The translations under genes and the position numbers were made by a program. From the human T2T-CHM13v2.0 reference genome, Homo sapiens: DNA of 64,000 bases. Below, in pieces: positions 31,386 through 44,975 of this stretch (position 1 is the first letter of the stretch; the number at the start of each line of letters is the position of its first letter). The DNA lies in assembly GCF_009914755.1 (NCBI RefSeq), contig NC_060926.1; one strand, written 5' to 3'. The notes beneath the pieces were generated by a model. It saw only the letters and a list, made by a program, of their open reading frames with translations, had not been told where the DNA came from and did no database searches.

Positions 31386-32297
31386 TCACCAGATGCTTTA
31401 ATGAAACTATTCTAAGTGGTATCTATGAATTTTGTCCTGTGATCTACACATTTAAAAGATGTATGTCATCAAGTTGAATCAAAAGGAGCAGGCATACTGT
31501 GAAAAAAAAAATCAGGTGTTAGATATTATTCTCAAACTCAAAGGCATGCAAACTCAAGAAGGAGACTACCATTTCTTGAGTGCCTGCCACAGGTCAGACT
31601 AAGTAATTGCCTACGTTATCAGTAGACAGTAGCCTTACAGATGGGTCAAATGGAAACTCTGGATCATATTCATATACAACAATCTGAAAGCTACTAATTG
31701 ATCACCAATAAGTCTTAGTTTTAAAACCTATAAAAAATTTGCAAATAGGGCGAAATATTTTTAGTTAATTGATGTAACATATGAAGACTAATATCACCAA
31801 CTAAGTAAGCCTCATTGTACTTCAGTTTGGAAAATAATGACAAAAATTTACTATTTGCTCCTGGCATTTCAAAAATTAGTCACAATATCACCTCTCATTT
31901 TTAAAAAGAAAAGATTTGAGGGAGAAAAAGTTTCAAAAAAATCTGAATTTCATGTGAAACAAACATGTGTGCACATTCTAATAACAGTGCTTTATAGGCT
32001 ACATGTTCTAAAGCCTTGAAAAAAATTTAATCTGCAAATGCCCAGCACCTGGTTTCTTCTATTAAGCAGACTAACTAAAAATCATTCTTTTAAACCTCAG
32101 ACATTTTTAGGTGTTTTAGTTACATGTAATTCATGTTCAAAGGTTTTATGATTTGAAATATAACAATTTGGTCATTGAGTGATGAAATGTTCTAAAATTG
32201 ATTGCGATGATGCTTGCACAATGCTGTGAAGGCACTAAAAACGATTTAATTGAATACATCAAATGAGTGAATTGTATGATGTAAGAATTAGAACTCA

Positions 32298-32445
32298 CTG
32301 GGTGTGGTGGGTCTCACCTGTAATCCCAGCTACTTAGGAGGCGTAGGCAAGAGAATCACTTAAGGCCAGTTCGAGATTGCCCTAGGCAACATAGTGAGAC
32401 ACCAATCCCTTAAAAAAAAAAAAAAAAAAAGAAAAGAAAAAATAA
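32298..32445 (+). mobile_element. FLAM Alu monomer within an L1M 3' fragment
   Basis: Single monomer plus A tail; flanks resemble the L1M end (gttctaaaattgattgcgatgatg...tatatctcaataaa). Confidence 0.8.
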
Positions 32446-32777
32446 GATAAGAAGAAGAATTATATCTCAATAAATCTGTTTAAAATAAATACATGTCATG
32501 AAGAAAATGTACTTACTTTTTTTAATTTATAAGTAAATTTCTAATTTTCCTTGAATATGTCATATTTCACATAATTGGATAGTAAAGAAATTTTGCTTTT
32601 CTGGCATTTTCCAATATTTGCGTTCCTGGTTTTGTTTTATGCAATCTTTTATCTTTTTTTGAGAAAAGAATTAACTGTTCTCAATAACAGCCTAAAATTT
32701 TCAGGACACCAATCAGTAGTCTTATTTCACAAAGAATAGAGATTGCCCAGTCAGGACAATTTAAGAAAATTACACAT

Positions 32778-32796
32778 TTTCCACTAGATGGCACTG
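32778..32796 (+). promoter_or_regulatory. Candidate CTCF motif
   Basis: tttCCACTAGATGGCACtg matches the CTCF core CCRSYAGRKGGCRS. Confidence 0.55.
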
Positions 32797-33995
32797 GTTT
32801 GCAAATAATATTGCTTTGCAGTTCCTCTCATCAACAAAACTCACACTATCAAATTATTTTCATTTACCTTGATTGTTGTGGGTAGGAAAAAGAGAAATGG
32901 AAAGTCAAGAAAAGATACTTCCTAGAGTTGTTCAGCCTCAGGGTAAACAGAACCCTCACTACAGATATGGAATGTAATACAAGGAGAAATTATAAAAATC
33001 TTAGTGCTAAATCCAGGGTGACAACCCACAATCCCTGACTCTCAGTAGTCATCACACAACTGTATAATATCAGTGGTGGGGGAGTGGATACCATAGTCAA
33101 AGGGAACAAGAAAATTAATCTCAATTATACCATTATACAAATATTATCTCATTTGATCTCTAAACTATGAACTCCATATATATTATCTTATATGAGCATA
33201 ACTATATAAGGCTAAATGATTAACTCTGTGGGGGAAGAAGAGTAATTATTTTGTTCAATACTACATCCCTTCAGTATAACACAGTGCCTAACACATAGTA
33301 GATAGTCAAAAATACTTATTAAGTGAATGGGTGAATTAATTAAACTTGATAGTCATGCTCCTGCATAGCTATTAGGCGGCTATCAAGCTTAACTAATCCA
33401 ACCACAAAATAATATGTATTACCTATTTAGTAGGTAATATTATTCCTACTTTACAGTTAATGAAACCGAAGCTGCAAGTATTAAGTAACTTGTCCAGGCT
33501 CACACAATTCAGTAGCAAAACCATGTAACATAATCTGATATTACTTTGCATTATATATTTACATGTAAGATTTCCACAGTGGGGCAAAACAAGCCCTCGG
33601 GACATGTCTTTCCTGTTCCTCATTATATATCTAGCTCCTGGCATAGAGCCTGGCACACAGTTGGAGTACAATAAGTATTTATCTGGTTGACTTCATAGCA
33701 ACCTAGGTCTTAGCATCCAGAACTTGTTCATTTGAAGAACTCCGCCCTCGGTCTACTTAGGGGTTTATTCCTTTCACTTCATTCCAATGCCACTGCTAAA
33801 TCCAGGCCTTGTTTCTGGATTTCTTCTGGGTTTCTGACCTCTCCTCTAAGGCTTGTTAACAAGAAGGCATTTCCCACTTTGCTTGCACTCTATGATTTCT
33901 CTTAGTTCCACAGCTGAGCAGTCCACCCTCACTGCCCTCCAACCCCAGGGTTGCTTGTAGAAGTTGAGTAAATCAACAGATGGAGTTAGTTCTGG

Positions 33996-34305
33996 GTTTT
34001 TTGTTGTTGTTGTTGTTGTTTGAGGTGGAGTCTCGCTCTATCCCCCAGGCTGGAGTGCAGTGGTGCAAACTCTGCTCACTGCAAGCTGTGCCTCCTGGGT
34101 TCACACCATTCTCCTGCCTCAGCCTCCTGAGTAGCTGGGACTACAGGTGCCCGCCACCACGCCAAACTAATTTTTTTGTATTTTTTTGGTAGAGACGGGG
34201 TTTCACCGTGTTAGCCAGGATGGTCTCGATCTCCTGACCTCGTGATCCGCCCGCCTCGGCCTCCCAAAGTGCTGGGATCACAGACGTGAGCCACTGCGCC
34301 TGGCC
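33996..34305 (-). mobile_element. AluY
   Basis: Y diagnostics; (TTG)n tail; TSD agttagttctgg. Confidence 0.95.
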
Positions 34306-34492
34306 AAGTTAGTTCTGGTTTTAGTCGTACTTTTTATCTCTATTACTTTGGCTATGCTATAGGCCTCAGTTTCCTCATCTCTAACAAATGACGCTGAAAT
34401 TGAATGATCTCAAAGCTTCCTTCCAACTCTAATGCTATATAGTTTGAACTCTGTCCTATATTGATCATCTATTGAGCTTATGACCAAGATGG

Positions 34493-34944
34493 TGACAACT
34501 CTCCACTTTGACCAAAACTTAGTTAGGCTCCTTTGAGTCCTCTGCTTGACTAGGCTTGATCTTGGGCTTTCTGTCCTTGTAGAATCCAATTTGAGCAAGA
34601 ATCCTGCTGAATCAGTGTAGTGAAAATCCTCATTCTTGGTGTCTGACTACCATGGATATCAATCACCCTGGCCTGCCTTCAGCAACTATCCTGTCAAGTT
34701 GGTTTAGCCAGAATCCTCCTTAACACTGATGTTCCCTCTTTGTAATTTTCCATCCACTGACCTCCCACCAAGCTTCTTGGTTAGAAATTTGTCCTTATTA
34801 GAGTCAAAATTCAGTCCAATCTCTCTCTCCCACTGCAAGACCCCATTGCAGCTGTCCCTGGACCTATCTCCATGGCTCCCTTTGTCAAAGTCGGCCTTCC
34901 TGTACCATCTCTAACGAGTGTCATGAATAATTTTTTCTTTAACA
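34493..34944 (+). mobile_element. MER31-like ERV1 solo LTR directly upstream of the RBM45 promoter
   Basis: tgacaactctccactttgaccaaaacttagttaggctcc...gaataattttttctttaaca. Confidence 0.7.
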
Positions 34945-35089
34945 CTGGAAAGAATCCTTGGCCTTAGGGGTGGGGTAAAGCCAGCGTTGGGAAAGCCTGT
35001 GCATTAGGCAGCGCTGTTCTGCCTGCAGGGAACGATTGCACAACTGATAACTTGGGCCTAGGCTCAGCTGGATTTGAGGATTTGAGACT

Positions 35090-35900
35090 TAGACTGGGTC
35101 AGGGTCCCCCGCGTCGCCAGGGGGCGCTGCAGGCCGCTCCCCGGAAGGCCTCATCCTGCGCGGCTGGACAGCGCCTGGCGCCGGACTCCTCTTTCTCCCG
35201 GAAGCGGAGCACCGAGCCGGCAAAGGCTTGGGTGTGAGACAGCAGCGGTGGCAGACACCGCAGAAGCAAAGAGCAGTGAGGCTCCTGCATTCGGGTGGAG
35301 CACCATGGACGAAGCTGGCAGCTCTGCGAGCGGCGGGGGCTTCCGCCCGGGCGTGGACAGCCTGGACGAACCGCCCAACAGCCGCATCTTCCTTGTGATC
35401 AGCAAGTACACACCTGAGTCGGTGCTGAGGGAGCGCTTCTCGCCTTTTGGCGACATCCAGGACATCTGGGTGGTGCGGGACAAGCACACCAAGGAGTCCA
35501 AGGGCATTGCTTTCGTCAAGTTCGCCCGCAGCTCACAGGCCTGCAGGGCCATGGAGGAGATGCATGGCCAGTGCCTCGGCCCCAACGACACCAAGCCCAT
35601 CAAGGTGCGGGTGCCCGGGTCGGGGTGCCCTCGGGGGAAGGAGTGGGCCTCTTGGACCTCCCTTCACCTGCTGCTCTGCCGGGGTGAGGGAGGAGTGGAA
35701 CATCCGTTCCCGGCAGCTGACCAGACAGCACCTGGCTTGGGGACAGGGGCTGCTTTGAGGAGAGGCTCCCCTCCCACGAAGCTGCGCCGGGTTGCAGGGA
35801 AGGGGACGGGATGCGGAGTGTTTGCCCCACGAGAGCGGACCCGGCAGCCGCGGCCACCGGGTGACAGAACAGCAGTGGCTGGGCTTCCCCTCTCCCTCGC
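35090..35900 (+). promoter_or_regulatory. RBM45: CpG island / RBM45 promoter
   Basis: High GC and CpG; CTCF-like GTCGCCAGGGGGCGCTG 35113-35129; ETS/GABP CCGGAAG at 35141 and 35198; no TATA box seen. Confidence 0.85.
35305..35604 (+). CDS. RBM45: RBM45 exon 1 (RRM1)
   Basis: Kozak caccATGG; [34 protein letters not shown]...KGIAFVKF...DTKPIK; donor AAG|gtgcgg. Confidence 0.97.
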
Positions 35901-36832
35901 CCTCACTAATCCACCAGCTCTTGAGTTCACTGCCAAACTCGTCCTAGCCTACTTTGAGTACTTTTCTGACCTTCCTCTCTCAGATGCCCAGATTTCCATA
36001 TATAAAAAACGGAAAAACTCTACTTTTCCTCAGGTACAGATGAGGCGTTAACAACTTGACAGAAGTACTTTAAACTGGGGACCTCTGGTGTTGGACGTTT
36101 TCCTAGTACCAGGCGAAAGAATACATGTACAGAAAGAATAAGTGCAGGTGTTTAAAACGGTCACTGTTACATATTCTTCACATTTTGTTATTTTGGAAAA
36201 TTGTTTTGAATGAGCTCTGTTTCTGAAAGTGTTAATAGCATACATTTGGTTCTTGACCCTTTCTGTTACTGCAACTTTTCTTTGAAAGCAGACCAAAGTA
36301 AACTGCCTTAAGAAGAGCCAAATCATTGTGATAATGACACATGGCAGGAAGGATCATTTTGAGGGTTATTTGACATAATATGTGCTGTCAGCACAGTGCC
36401 TCACACAGGGTAAGCCCTCAATAATGTCCTTGTTATTGATCAGTAGTAGCCAAGATGTCACAGCTTACTCCCTGTGATCTCAAATCAGGACTCAATCCTG
36501 AGAATCTGGCAATTGCTTAAATTGTAGCCTTCGTCTGCCCCATGTAAATAGTTGCTGTGTATGTTATTCTGTTGGTACTTTGCACAAAAATATTTTCTCA
36601 ATTTTTTAAAAAATTGTTTTCCAAACTGAGAATGGTATTAATATGGATTTATGTAAATAAAGGGCTCAGAGATATTTCAGTCTCTGGAGGTCTTGCTCCA
36701 TCCACCAAAGAGAAGGAGCCTGGGACTCTACCAACAACACAGTAAACAGTCCCTTCCTCCCACTTCTCCAACCCTCTGAAGTGTGTCAGAGTGACAGCAA
36801 CAAAATTAATTGTAGGGCCACAGCATACAGGA

Positions 36833-37010
36833 TCAGGAATTGGCAAACTTTTTCTGTAAAGGGCTGACTAGTAAATATTTTAGGCTTTGCAGGCCACATA
36901 CAGTCTCTGTCACATAACCTTGTCTGTTTTTACAGTCCTTAAAAACTGTAAAAACAATTATTACATCATGGGCTATACCAAAAATGGAGCTGTGGTTTGC
37001 TGACCCCTGT
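36833..37010 (+). mobile_element. MER58A-like hAT MITE
   Basis: caggaattggcaaactttttctgtaaagggc...gtttgctgacccctg. Confidence 0.8.
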
Positions 37011-37340
37011 ACTAGACTAATGAATTTTATCGCTGTCCAATTATGACCTTAGTGGAGAGGATTTTTATATTTTGAGTGTAACATGGCCACAGAGCCCTTG
37101 TGGGCAGCCCAAAAAACTGTCCCATATTTGAAATTGATGGACCACCTTCCCCTGATAAATTTCTATAAGAGAAATTAAAGGCCCAACACCGAAATGTACC
37201 CTCTCTTTTAGCCTCAGAGAAATTAAAGATCTTGTTCCCAAAAAGAAATAAACTTTACTATTTTCTTTGTCACATTTTTGACTATTCAGTTTTAGCCAGA
37301 AGGTTGTTTCACTGTAGTACCTAGCTAGACAGTCTAGTTT

Positions 37341-37637
37341 CTGTTTCTTTTTCTTTTTTTGAGACAGAATCTCACTCTGTCACCCAGGCTAGAGTGCAGT
37401 GGCTTCTTGATCACAGCTCACTGTAGCCTCCACCTCCCAGACTCAAGCAATCCTCTTGCCTCATCCTCCCTCTCGAGTAGCTGGGACTACAGATGTGCAC
37501 CACCATGCCCAGCTTATTTTTTTTATTTTTCTTAGAGACAGGGTCTCACTATGTTGCCTAAGCAGGTCTCAAGCTCCTGGACTCAAGTGAGCCTCCCGTT
37601 TCATCCTCCCATTACAGTTGTGAGCCACCACACCCTA
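37341..37637 (-). mobile_element. AluJ
   Basis: Dimer; TSD acag(t/a)ctagtttc. Confidence 0.9.
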
Positions 37638-38624
37638 ACAGACTAGTTTCATTCAGCAGCTGCAGCTTGAGCCATCTTCAACTGGAACACTCTTGGGTTG
37701 TTTTCAGCATTTCCAGTTAAATTAATTCAGCTTCAATATTTCTATTGTACTTTGCTTTTACAAAGTTTCAGAGGATCTGTAAGACAACAATATTATCTTA
37801 CCAGCCCTCAGCCAGAAAAGATTGTCCAAGTAAAAGTTATTCTGTGACCAACTATGTTATCTGGCGGAAAGGGGGAAACCTAGAAAACAGAAGAAAAAAA
37901 TCTTGGCTGTAGTTTTGCAAGAATGCTTCTTATCTAGAGCCTATGAACACTCAGTCTATGAAGGTAAAAATTTATGGGAGAAATCTACCATGAGGAGGTT
38001 AATTATTTTACGTATGTTCTACATAGACTGTCTCCTTTATCAGAGATTTGAAACACCTCAGTCCTCTAAAATATAGAAATCTGTGCTCTGATGGCACTTC
38101 CAATTTCATCTTACCTGAGGTTCTTTTTTTTTTCTCTAGTGTCTTTGCATATACTTAAAGCTTCCCTATTTGTATTTCCCTATTTACCATTTATTACTGA
38201 TATCAGCCACAAGACTCTAGTGGGCCATTTCCATGTTACTCAATAGTTGTACTCATATGGTGCTTGACATATAGTATAGATTTATTGAAGGAATAACTAG
38301 AAGTAGACTATAAAGGGATATGTCTCTAACACTGTGGTTTTCTTGGTTGCTGCTTCCTACTGTGGAATTTCATAAGTTCCAGTTTTCTCATGCTTTAATG
38401 ATACAGAGCCCCCTTTACCAGCAGTGGATCAGAGACCAAGATATAGAGACCCCTTTAAAGGAAAAAGAAACAAACAATGCAAGTGCCCTTGTTTATGGTG
38501 TTTTAATTAATTGTATTACGTTTCTTCAAATTACTCTGGCTAAAAATAAATGCAAAAGTAGAAATACATTTGGGAAAAACACAATGCAGAGATTGGTATT
38601 ATCTCATAAAAAAAAGTCATTGCA

Positions 38625-38924
<300 letters not shown>

Positions 38925-39015
38925 GTCATTGCAAGAATAATTGCTTTTGAAAAAATTTAAGAAATGGGAAAATAGTTGACATTATTTTATTTTGGGAGTT
39001 TTGTTTGTTTCTTAG

Positions 39016-39138
39016 GTTTTCATTGCTCAGTCCCGATCATCTGGAAGTCACCGAGATGTTGAAGATGAAGAACTTACAAGAATCTTTGTTATGATACCAA
39101 AGTCCTACACAGAAGAAGATCTGCGGGAAAAATTTAAG
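39016..39138 (+). CDS. RBM45: RBM45 exon 2
   Basis: cttag|[41 protein letters not shown]|gtattt. Confidence 0.95.
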
Positions 39139-40808
39139 GTATTTATTCTAATCAGCTAGCATATGTGATAACTCATAGTCCTGCATAGGTTGTATGGGTA
39201 CTAAATCTGAAATGTTGTTGGAATAAGGTCAATAGAGTAGTCTTGGGGAATTACATAACTGCTTTCATCAATTTCAATCTACTCTTTAAATATTAAACCT
39301 AGCATAAATTAGTTTTTAAAATTAAAGAATATATAAAAGCTGGAAAATAGTAATGGTAGTCTCTCCCTACTTTATTGTGAAAGTAGAGATTCGCAGAAAT
39401 GAAGCATAAAGCTCAGAAACTTTTAAGTAAAGTCACACAACTAGTAGGTGGTAGAGCTATGATTTAAACCCAGGCTGTCGGAGTCTGGAGCCTGCTCTTG
39501 GTCTTTAAAATTTCAAAGCACGCTTTTATCACTCCCCTCTATTGCCTGGCATGTAGAGGCGAATCAGGCAGACCTGAGTGTGTGAACTGTATTATCTAGT
39601 ATTGAGAACGGGCCTATGGTGTGTTGACATGGTACTCATTCACAGAAAGGCTTATTCTTTGAAGAGTTTTTGTCCTAAAATTGGGCCTTTGAAGGAATTA
39701 TATTTAAAGAAGAAAACGTAAATATAGCTCTGACCTATATAAGTGAAATTTGAGGATAATTTTATGTCTTTTTAGCCATTAACTTATGCAGTGATGAGCT
39801 TTCACACAAATTATTAAAAAGCAATTTTTTAATTGTTTTGAATTGTAGTTTTTTATCTTTTTTCTACTAATCCTCCCATGAATTGGGTGGCAACAAGCAA
39901 GAAAGAAAACAAGCAGTAAAAAGTAATTTTCAAACTTTCTCTCCTACCCCAATTGAGAATTCAATGAAATACTTCAAAAATAACAAATACCAAAAACGTA
40001 TATTTTATACATCCTCCAGTAGTAAGGAAAATGTTTTTTACCTTAAATATTTATAAATTTTTCTTTTCCTGAATGAACAAATATAACACTTTAATGTATA
40101 GTAATTAAGTTGCTAATTGATTACATAAGAATTTATAAAATAAATAATAAATACCAATTATATTCCATATTTCTTTGAACATTGAAAGTAAACACTACTG
40201 CATGTTTCTCAGAATAGTAACTTTCTGAGTGAACCAGCATATTTTAGAAATACCCTTTGAAAAGCACTCCTTCAAAAGAATACACAATCATTTATGTTCC
40301 TGTTAGAAGACAGACAAGTAATAATAGCTAATGTTCTTTGAGTATGTTCCAAGCCCCATGTAAGCACTTCACATGTTTTACTTCAGTTAACCCTTAAACA
40401 ACCCTGTGAGGTAGATACTACTGCTAGCCTCTTTAATAAAGAGGTAGGCACAGAGAGAATAAGTAAACTGCCTAATTAATGAGTGGTTGATTCAGGATTT
40501 CAATCTAGAAAGTTTAATTCCAGAGCTCTGGCTCTTAACCACTGTTGAGCAAGACTTTGGAGCTATCCAGACCATGTACAAATTCTTACTCTTCTGTGAC
40601 TTTGTCCCTCTTTGATTTCTCTAAAGCCCAGCTTCCTTATCTATGAAATAAGCATATTTGCAAATACAAATATGCAATATCTGCATATTTTATACTGCCT
40701 ATTTCTTTGTTTGCATGCAAGGGTCACATATAAACAAATTTTTAGTTCTGAAATACTCTGTTCAATTAATTTTAAGTCCCCTAAAATCATGTCTTTTAAC
40801 TCTCTTAG

Positions 40809-40935
40809 GTGTATGGAGATATCGAGTATTGCAGCATTATTAAGAATAAAGTGACTGGAGAAAGTAAAGGTTTGGGCTACGTACGATACTTAAAACCATC
40901 ACAAGCTGCCCAAGCAATAGAAAACTGTGATCGAA
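40809..40935 (+). CDS. RBM45: RBM45 exon 3 (RRM2 RNP1)
   Basis: cttag|[42 protein letters not shown]|gtaagg. Confidence 0.95.
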
Positions 40936-43040
40936 GTAAGGATGTGTTTAACATTGTTAAAAACTTTTGTAAAAAATTCTGATTATTCTAAATAGCTGAA
41001 TTTAATATTAGTTTTTGCTAATAACTGTATCTGCTAATGTAATTTTAGCAGTGGGTATTTAAATATTTACAGTCCAAGGAAGAAAAATATTTTGGGGTTA
41101 TGATTAAACATTCATTGAGGCACTATCTTGAAGAAATAAGAGCAACTACATTAACTTAGTAAGTGAAATGCATACTTTGGGTATTATTTTTATAGGTTTT
41201 TAGGGTTTTTTAAGTGTATTTTAGAATTTTAAGTATTAAAAACTTGACTTACCTTTTCAAGGTTTTTAAAATATTCTTTATATTTGTTTATATTTGATCT
41301 ACATCCCAAAGACTATAAAGTATAACTAATAAACCTATAGGTTAAGGGTAAGATTTATAAGATGTGCTAACATAGGTAACTGATATAGATAGGGTTAATT
41401 TCAAGCTAGAGTGACATGAATGTGATCTTCTGATGTTGCTGTATATATAAAGAATAAGAATTTTAAAGATGTCAAAGAGAATATTCTTTGTTGGTATACT
41501 TCTAGTTAGGTATATTGACCTTTAGAAATGATATGTAGAGTAATTAAATTACTGGATTTTAGGACATTATAAAAATATATACTTACTGGAAAGAATTACT
41601 GTTAATCAGTAGAATTCTTAGATACCCCTAAGGTACATACCCAGATTTTCTCTTAGATCCTTCTAAATTTCTCATTTAGCTAGCAGTAATTGAGTACCTG
41701 CAGTATACTGATCAATATGCTAAGTAGAGGGATACAGATGAAGTATATGGCAGCCCTCACATTTAAGGAATTTATAGCTGTATTGGGTAGCCAAGATCTA
41801 ATAGGCAAAAAATAAAGAATAATGGAAGAACTTTTTTTAAAGGCTCTTTGAAAGCAAGAAGTATGCCTTATTTGTCTGTCACTCCAGGTATCTAGTACAA
41901 TAATAGGCCCTCAATAAAGATTTATTAAGCTCTCTATAAAAGTAAATGCCATTTATAGTAGACTCAGTAAGAATTTGCCAAATGAAAAAAATGTTCATAA
42001 GTGTATGGTAGAGTCTGTCAATGGTGAAAAACAAGTGCTGGATGAGCATGGCAACACATGCCGAGGGGGTAGGACTTGTGTCTGGTGTCGAGGAGGCAGG
42101 ACAGAAGGTGAGAGCAGTGCTAGCAGAGGCACAATGCCAGGAATAAACATGTGTTTTGCTTGGTGCTGTGAAGGCAGCTGTCTGAGTAAAGCACAGTATT
42201 TCTGCTGAGACATTCTGAGACACAGTTAACTAGGTACATTGGAACATGGGAACCATATATTGGAGGTTAGGAAAAGTTCAAGGTTAGTCCGCATTAGGAT
42301 TCCTTTGTAGATTGTTTAGAAAGACAAAAGTAAGAACAGTTGATCTAACCCCACTGTATTAATGATAGATTTCCAGAGAAGAATTCAAACTGGCTGGTTT
42401 TATCCTTTTTTTAAGCCACTGAATAATGTGAAGAAAACTGAACCCTTGAAATATGCCCATGTGCACATAAATGCATAATAAGCATTTTGTTTGAAGTGTC
42501 AGAGGGTTTGTGGAATCTTCCCACCTTTTGAAGCTCATCCTTGGACCCCTAGTTAAGAACCCTTGATCCAGAAGCAAAAAAAACAGTTAAAGGGCTCTTG
42601 TAATTAATTGAAGAGAATCTAAATTAAAAACAGAGGCAGGGAAGTTAGAGTAAAAGATAGCATATTCCAATTGTGTGCATTTCAAAGGAAGAAACTTGGT
42701 GACAGGTTAAATATAAAGAAGCCCTACAGGATTTTAATGTTGAGGAGCTTAGGTGAATGAATGACGATGTTATCTGTAATAGGGGGAGATGGGAAAGGAT
42801 AGCATAGAATTGCTGATCTTTCATGTCTACATTGACCCGTAATTTGGGATACTTGCTGTTTGTCATTTACTCTTTGCCATCTTCCAGAAAGCAAAGAAGT
42901 AGGTCTGGAGGAGATGGCCATTGTATAGATTTTGCTTTGTACAATTATATTTATAAAGCTGAGTCAGGCACTAGCAATCAAGTATATTTGCAGGTATGTT
43001 AAATTTGCTGTGAAACTTGAAATTCATGGGGTTTTTTCAG

Positions 43041-43163
43041 GTTTTAGAGCAATCTTGGCTGAACCTAAAAATAAAGCATCTGAATCCTCTGAACAAGATT
43101 ATTATAGTAATATGAGGCAAGAAGCTTTGGGACATGAACCTAGAGTAAATATGTTTCCATTTG
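43041..43163 (+). CDS. RBM45: RBM45 exon 4
   Basis: tttcag|(S)[40 protein letters not shown]|gtaagt. Confidence 0.95.
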
Positions 43164-43933
43164 GTAAGTAGGCAACCTTTACTTTTAATAGTATAATGTA
43201 GTATATGCAATCTAATTTGGGTTTTAAAGAATACTCTGTTATTGGGCATCTATAAATTTCACCTAGTGAATAAAAATCTTAAATGTAGTTTTTTTATTCC
43301 TAAAATGTGGATTATGACTCCTAAAGTTCTTAATATTTAACACTTATTTTGTTTAACTGATTTCTAATTATAGTTTTCTCTGTTAAGTTACGCATTCCTC
43401 ATATTAGAAACTATTACCACTGCCACTTTTTTGGGTGAGCTTCTGCCTCTATATAGCTGACCAAAAACTTAAAAAGACATATGTAGAGATCCTCTCCGTA
43501 TGAGTCCTAAAATTTTGTTCCAGAACTACTGCTACTTTAAAATTAGGGCTACAGAAAGGAGAGGAATGGTAAAAGTAGAAGCTCTAATAGAAAAAGGGGA
43601 AAATGGGTAATGAAAGTAAGGCCTGTGAATGTTATTTGACGTAAACATTCAGGTAAAATACTTACCATATTTTTCAGTTTTGCATACTAAACTTCTTTCT
43701 GTGAAATTAGACTATGCATTTCTTCTTATATTTCTGCATTAAAGGTAGGGGAGTGGGGAGAGTTGTCTCTTCTTGTCATTAGTCCCATCGGTAGTTCTGA
43801 TGACCAGAAGCGTACTACAAAATACAGTGCCTTTATTCAGTACAATGGACTCTGTTTTCTAGTATTTAAAATGTTAAGCGAATTGTTGGCTGTGTAGAAA
43901 TCTAAAGATTTACTTTTTTTTATATTGTCGGAG

Positions 43934-44113
43934 AACAACAATCTGAATTTTCAAGTTTTGACAAGAATGATAGCCGAGGCCAGGAAGCAATCTCCAAACG
44001 CTTGTCAGTTGTATCAAGAGTTCCTTTCACTGAAGAACAGCTTTTCAGCATTTTTGATATAGTACCAGGATTGGAATATTGTGAAGTTCAACGAGATCCT
44101 TATTCAAATTATG
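43934..44113 (+). CDS. RBM45: RBM45 exon 5 (alternative start 43928 via a TG acceptor)
   Basis: cggag|(E)[59 protein letters not shown]|gtaaaa. Confidence 0.93.
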
Positions 44114-44137
44114 GTAAAATAATGTTCACATTAAAAA

Positions 44138-44150
44138 ATATATATATATG

Positions 44151-44192
<42 letters not shown>
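44138..44192. repeat. (TA)n(CA)n microsatellite
   Basis: TA run followed by ~16 CA units. Confidence 0.95.
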
Positions 44193-44196
<4 letters not shown>

Positions 44197-44734
44197 TTTG
44201 TTAAAATGGCTTTTCTCTAGTGGCACTTTTATGTCAAGTACTGCTCATGTGACAGGAATTTTATCTTTCCTTTTTCTCTACTTTAGAATTCAAAATATGG
44301 TGATACCTTAATAAACAAAGCCCTGGAAATATATCTTCTTTTTACAAAATTGTTCACTGTAAAATATATTTTAACTCCCACAAAATATAACATTCTGTAT
44401 TCCAGTTGCATAACAAAAAATACCTCTGGATAGAGCCTCTGTTTCTATGTACTCTTTTGGTTAATGCTAGACAAAGTTACGAAACTCACAAAATTTCCTC
44501 CTCATTCATCCCTAGATCTCTTTCTCTTAAATTTATACCCCTCCTTCCTTTCATTCCAAGCATCTAAATGCCCTGCTTCTCTCCTGCTTCTTCCAATTCT
44601 CAATGGAAGCAAGTCTCCAATATCAGCCATTTGAACTTATTAATTAGTTAATTGATTAAACCCATTATCTAACATTAGCTAACCCATCTTTGTGTTTTAA
44701 GCTTTTGATTTTATTAAGGCTCTTTGTTAATGGA

Positions 44735-44975
44735 GGCATTGTGGCATAATGGGAAAGTCTGGCATTCCATTTTGCATAGAATCGGGTACAAATCCCAGCA
44801 GTGACATGTAGCTTTGAGACCTTGGCAACTTGCTTATCCCCTCTGAGCCTCTCTTTCCTCGTATGTAAAATGGGATCATTGATACCTTCTTTGCCAGGGT
44901 TAGGTAAGAATTAGAGATAATATATGTAAAATAACTTAATGCAAGTTCTGGCATGTAATAGGGCACTCAGTAAAT
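44735..44975 (+). mobile_element. MIR SINE
   Basis: caaatcccagc...gaccttggcaacttgctt..cctctgagcctc..tttcctc..tgtaaaatggg. Confidence 0.8.

Noticed and set aside
31100-35200. Single bidirectional promoter for PDE11A3 and RBM45
   Set aside because: Two separate CpG patches ~4 kb apart with repeats between them.
35089-35936. Several 60-150 aa antisense or alternative-frame ORFs over the CpG island
   Set aside because: Stop-poor GC-rich sequence; no recognisable protein features.
35248-36051. 267-aa ORF as a complete protein
   Set aside because: Only 35305-35604 is RBM45 exon 1; the rest is read-through of the GC-rich intron 1 past a clear donor.
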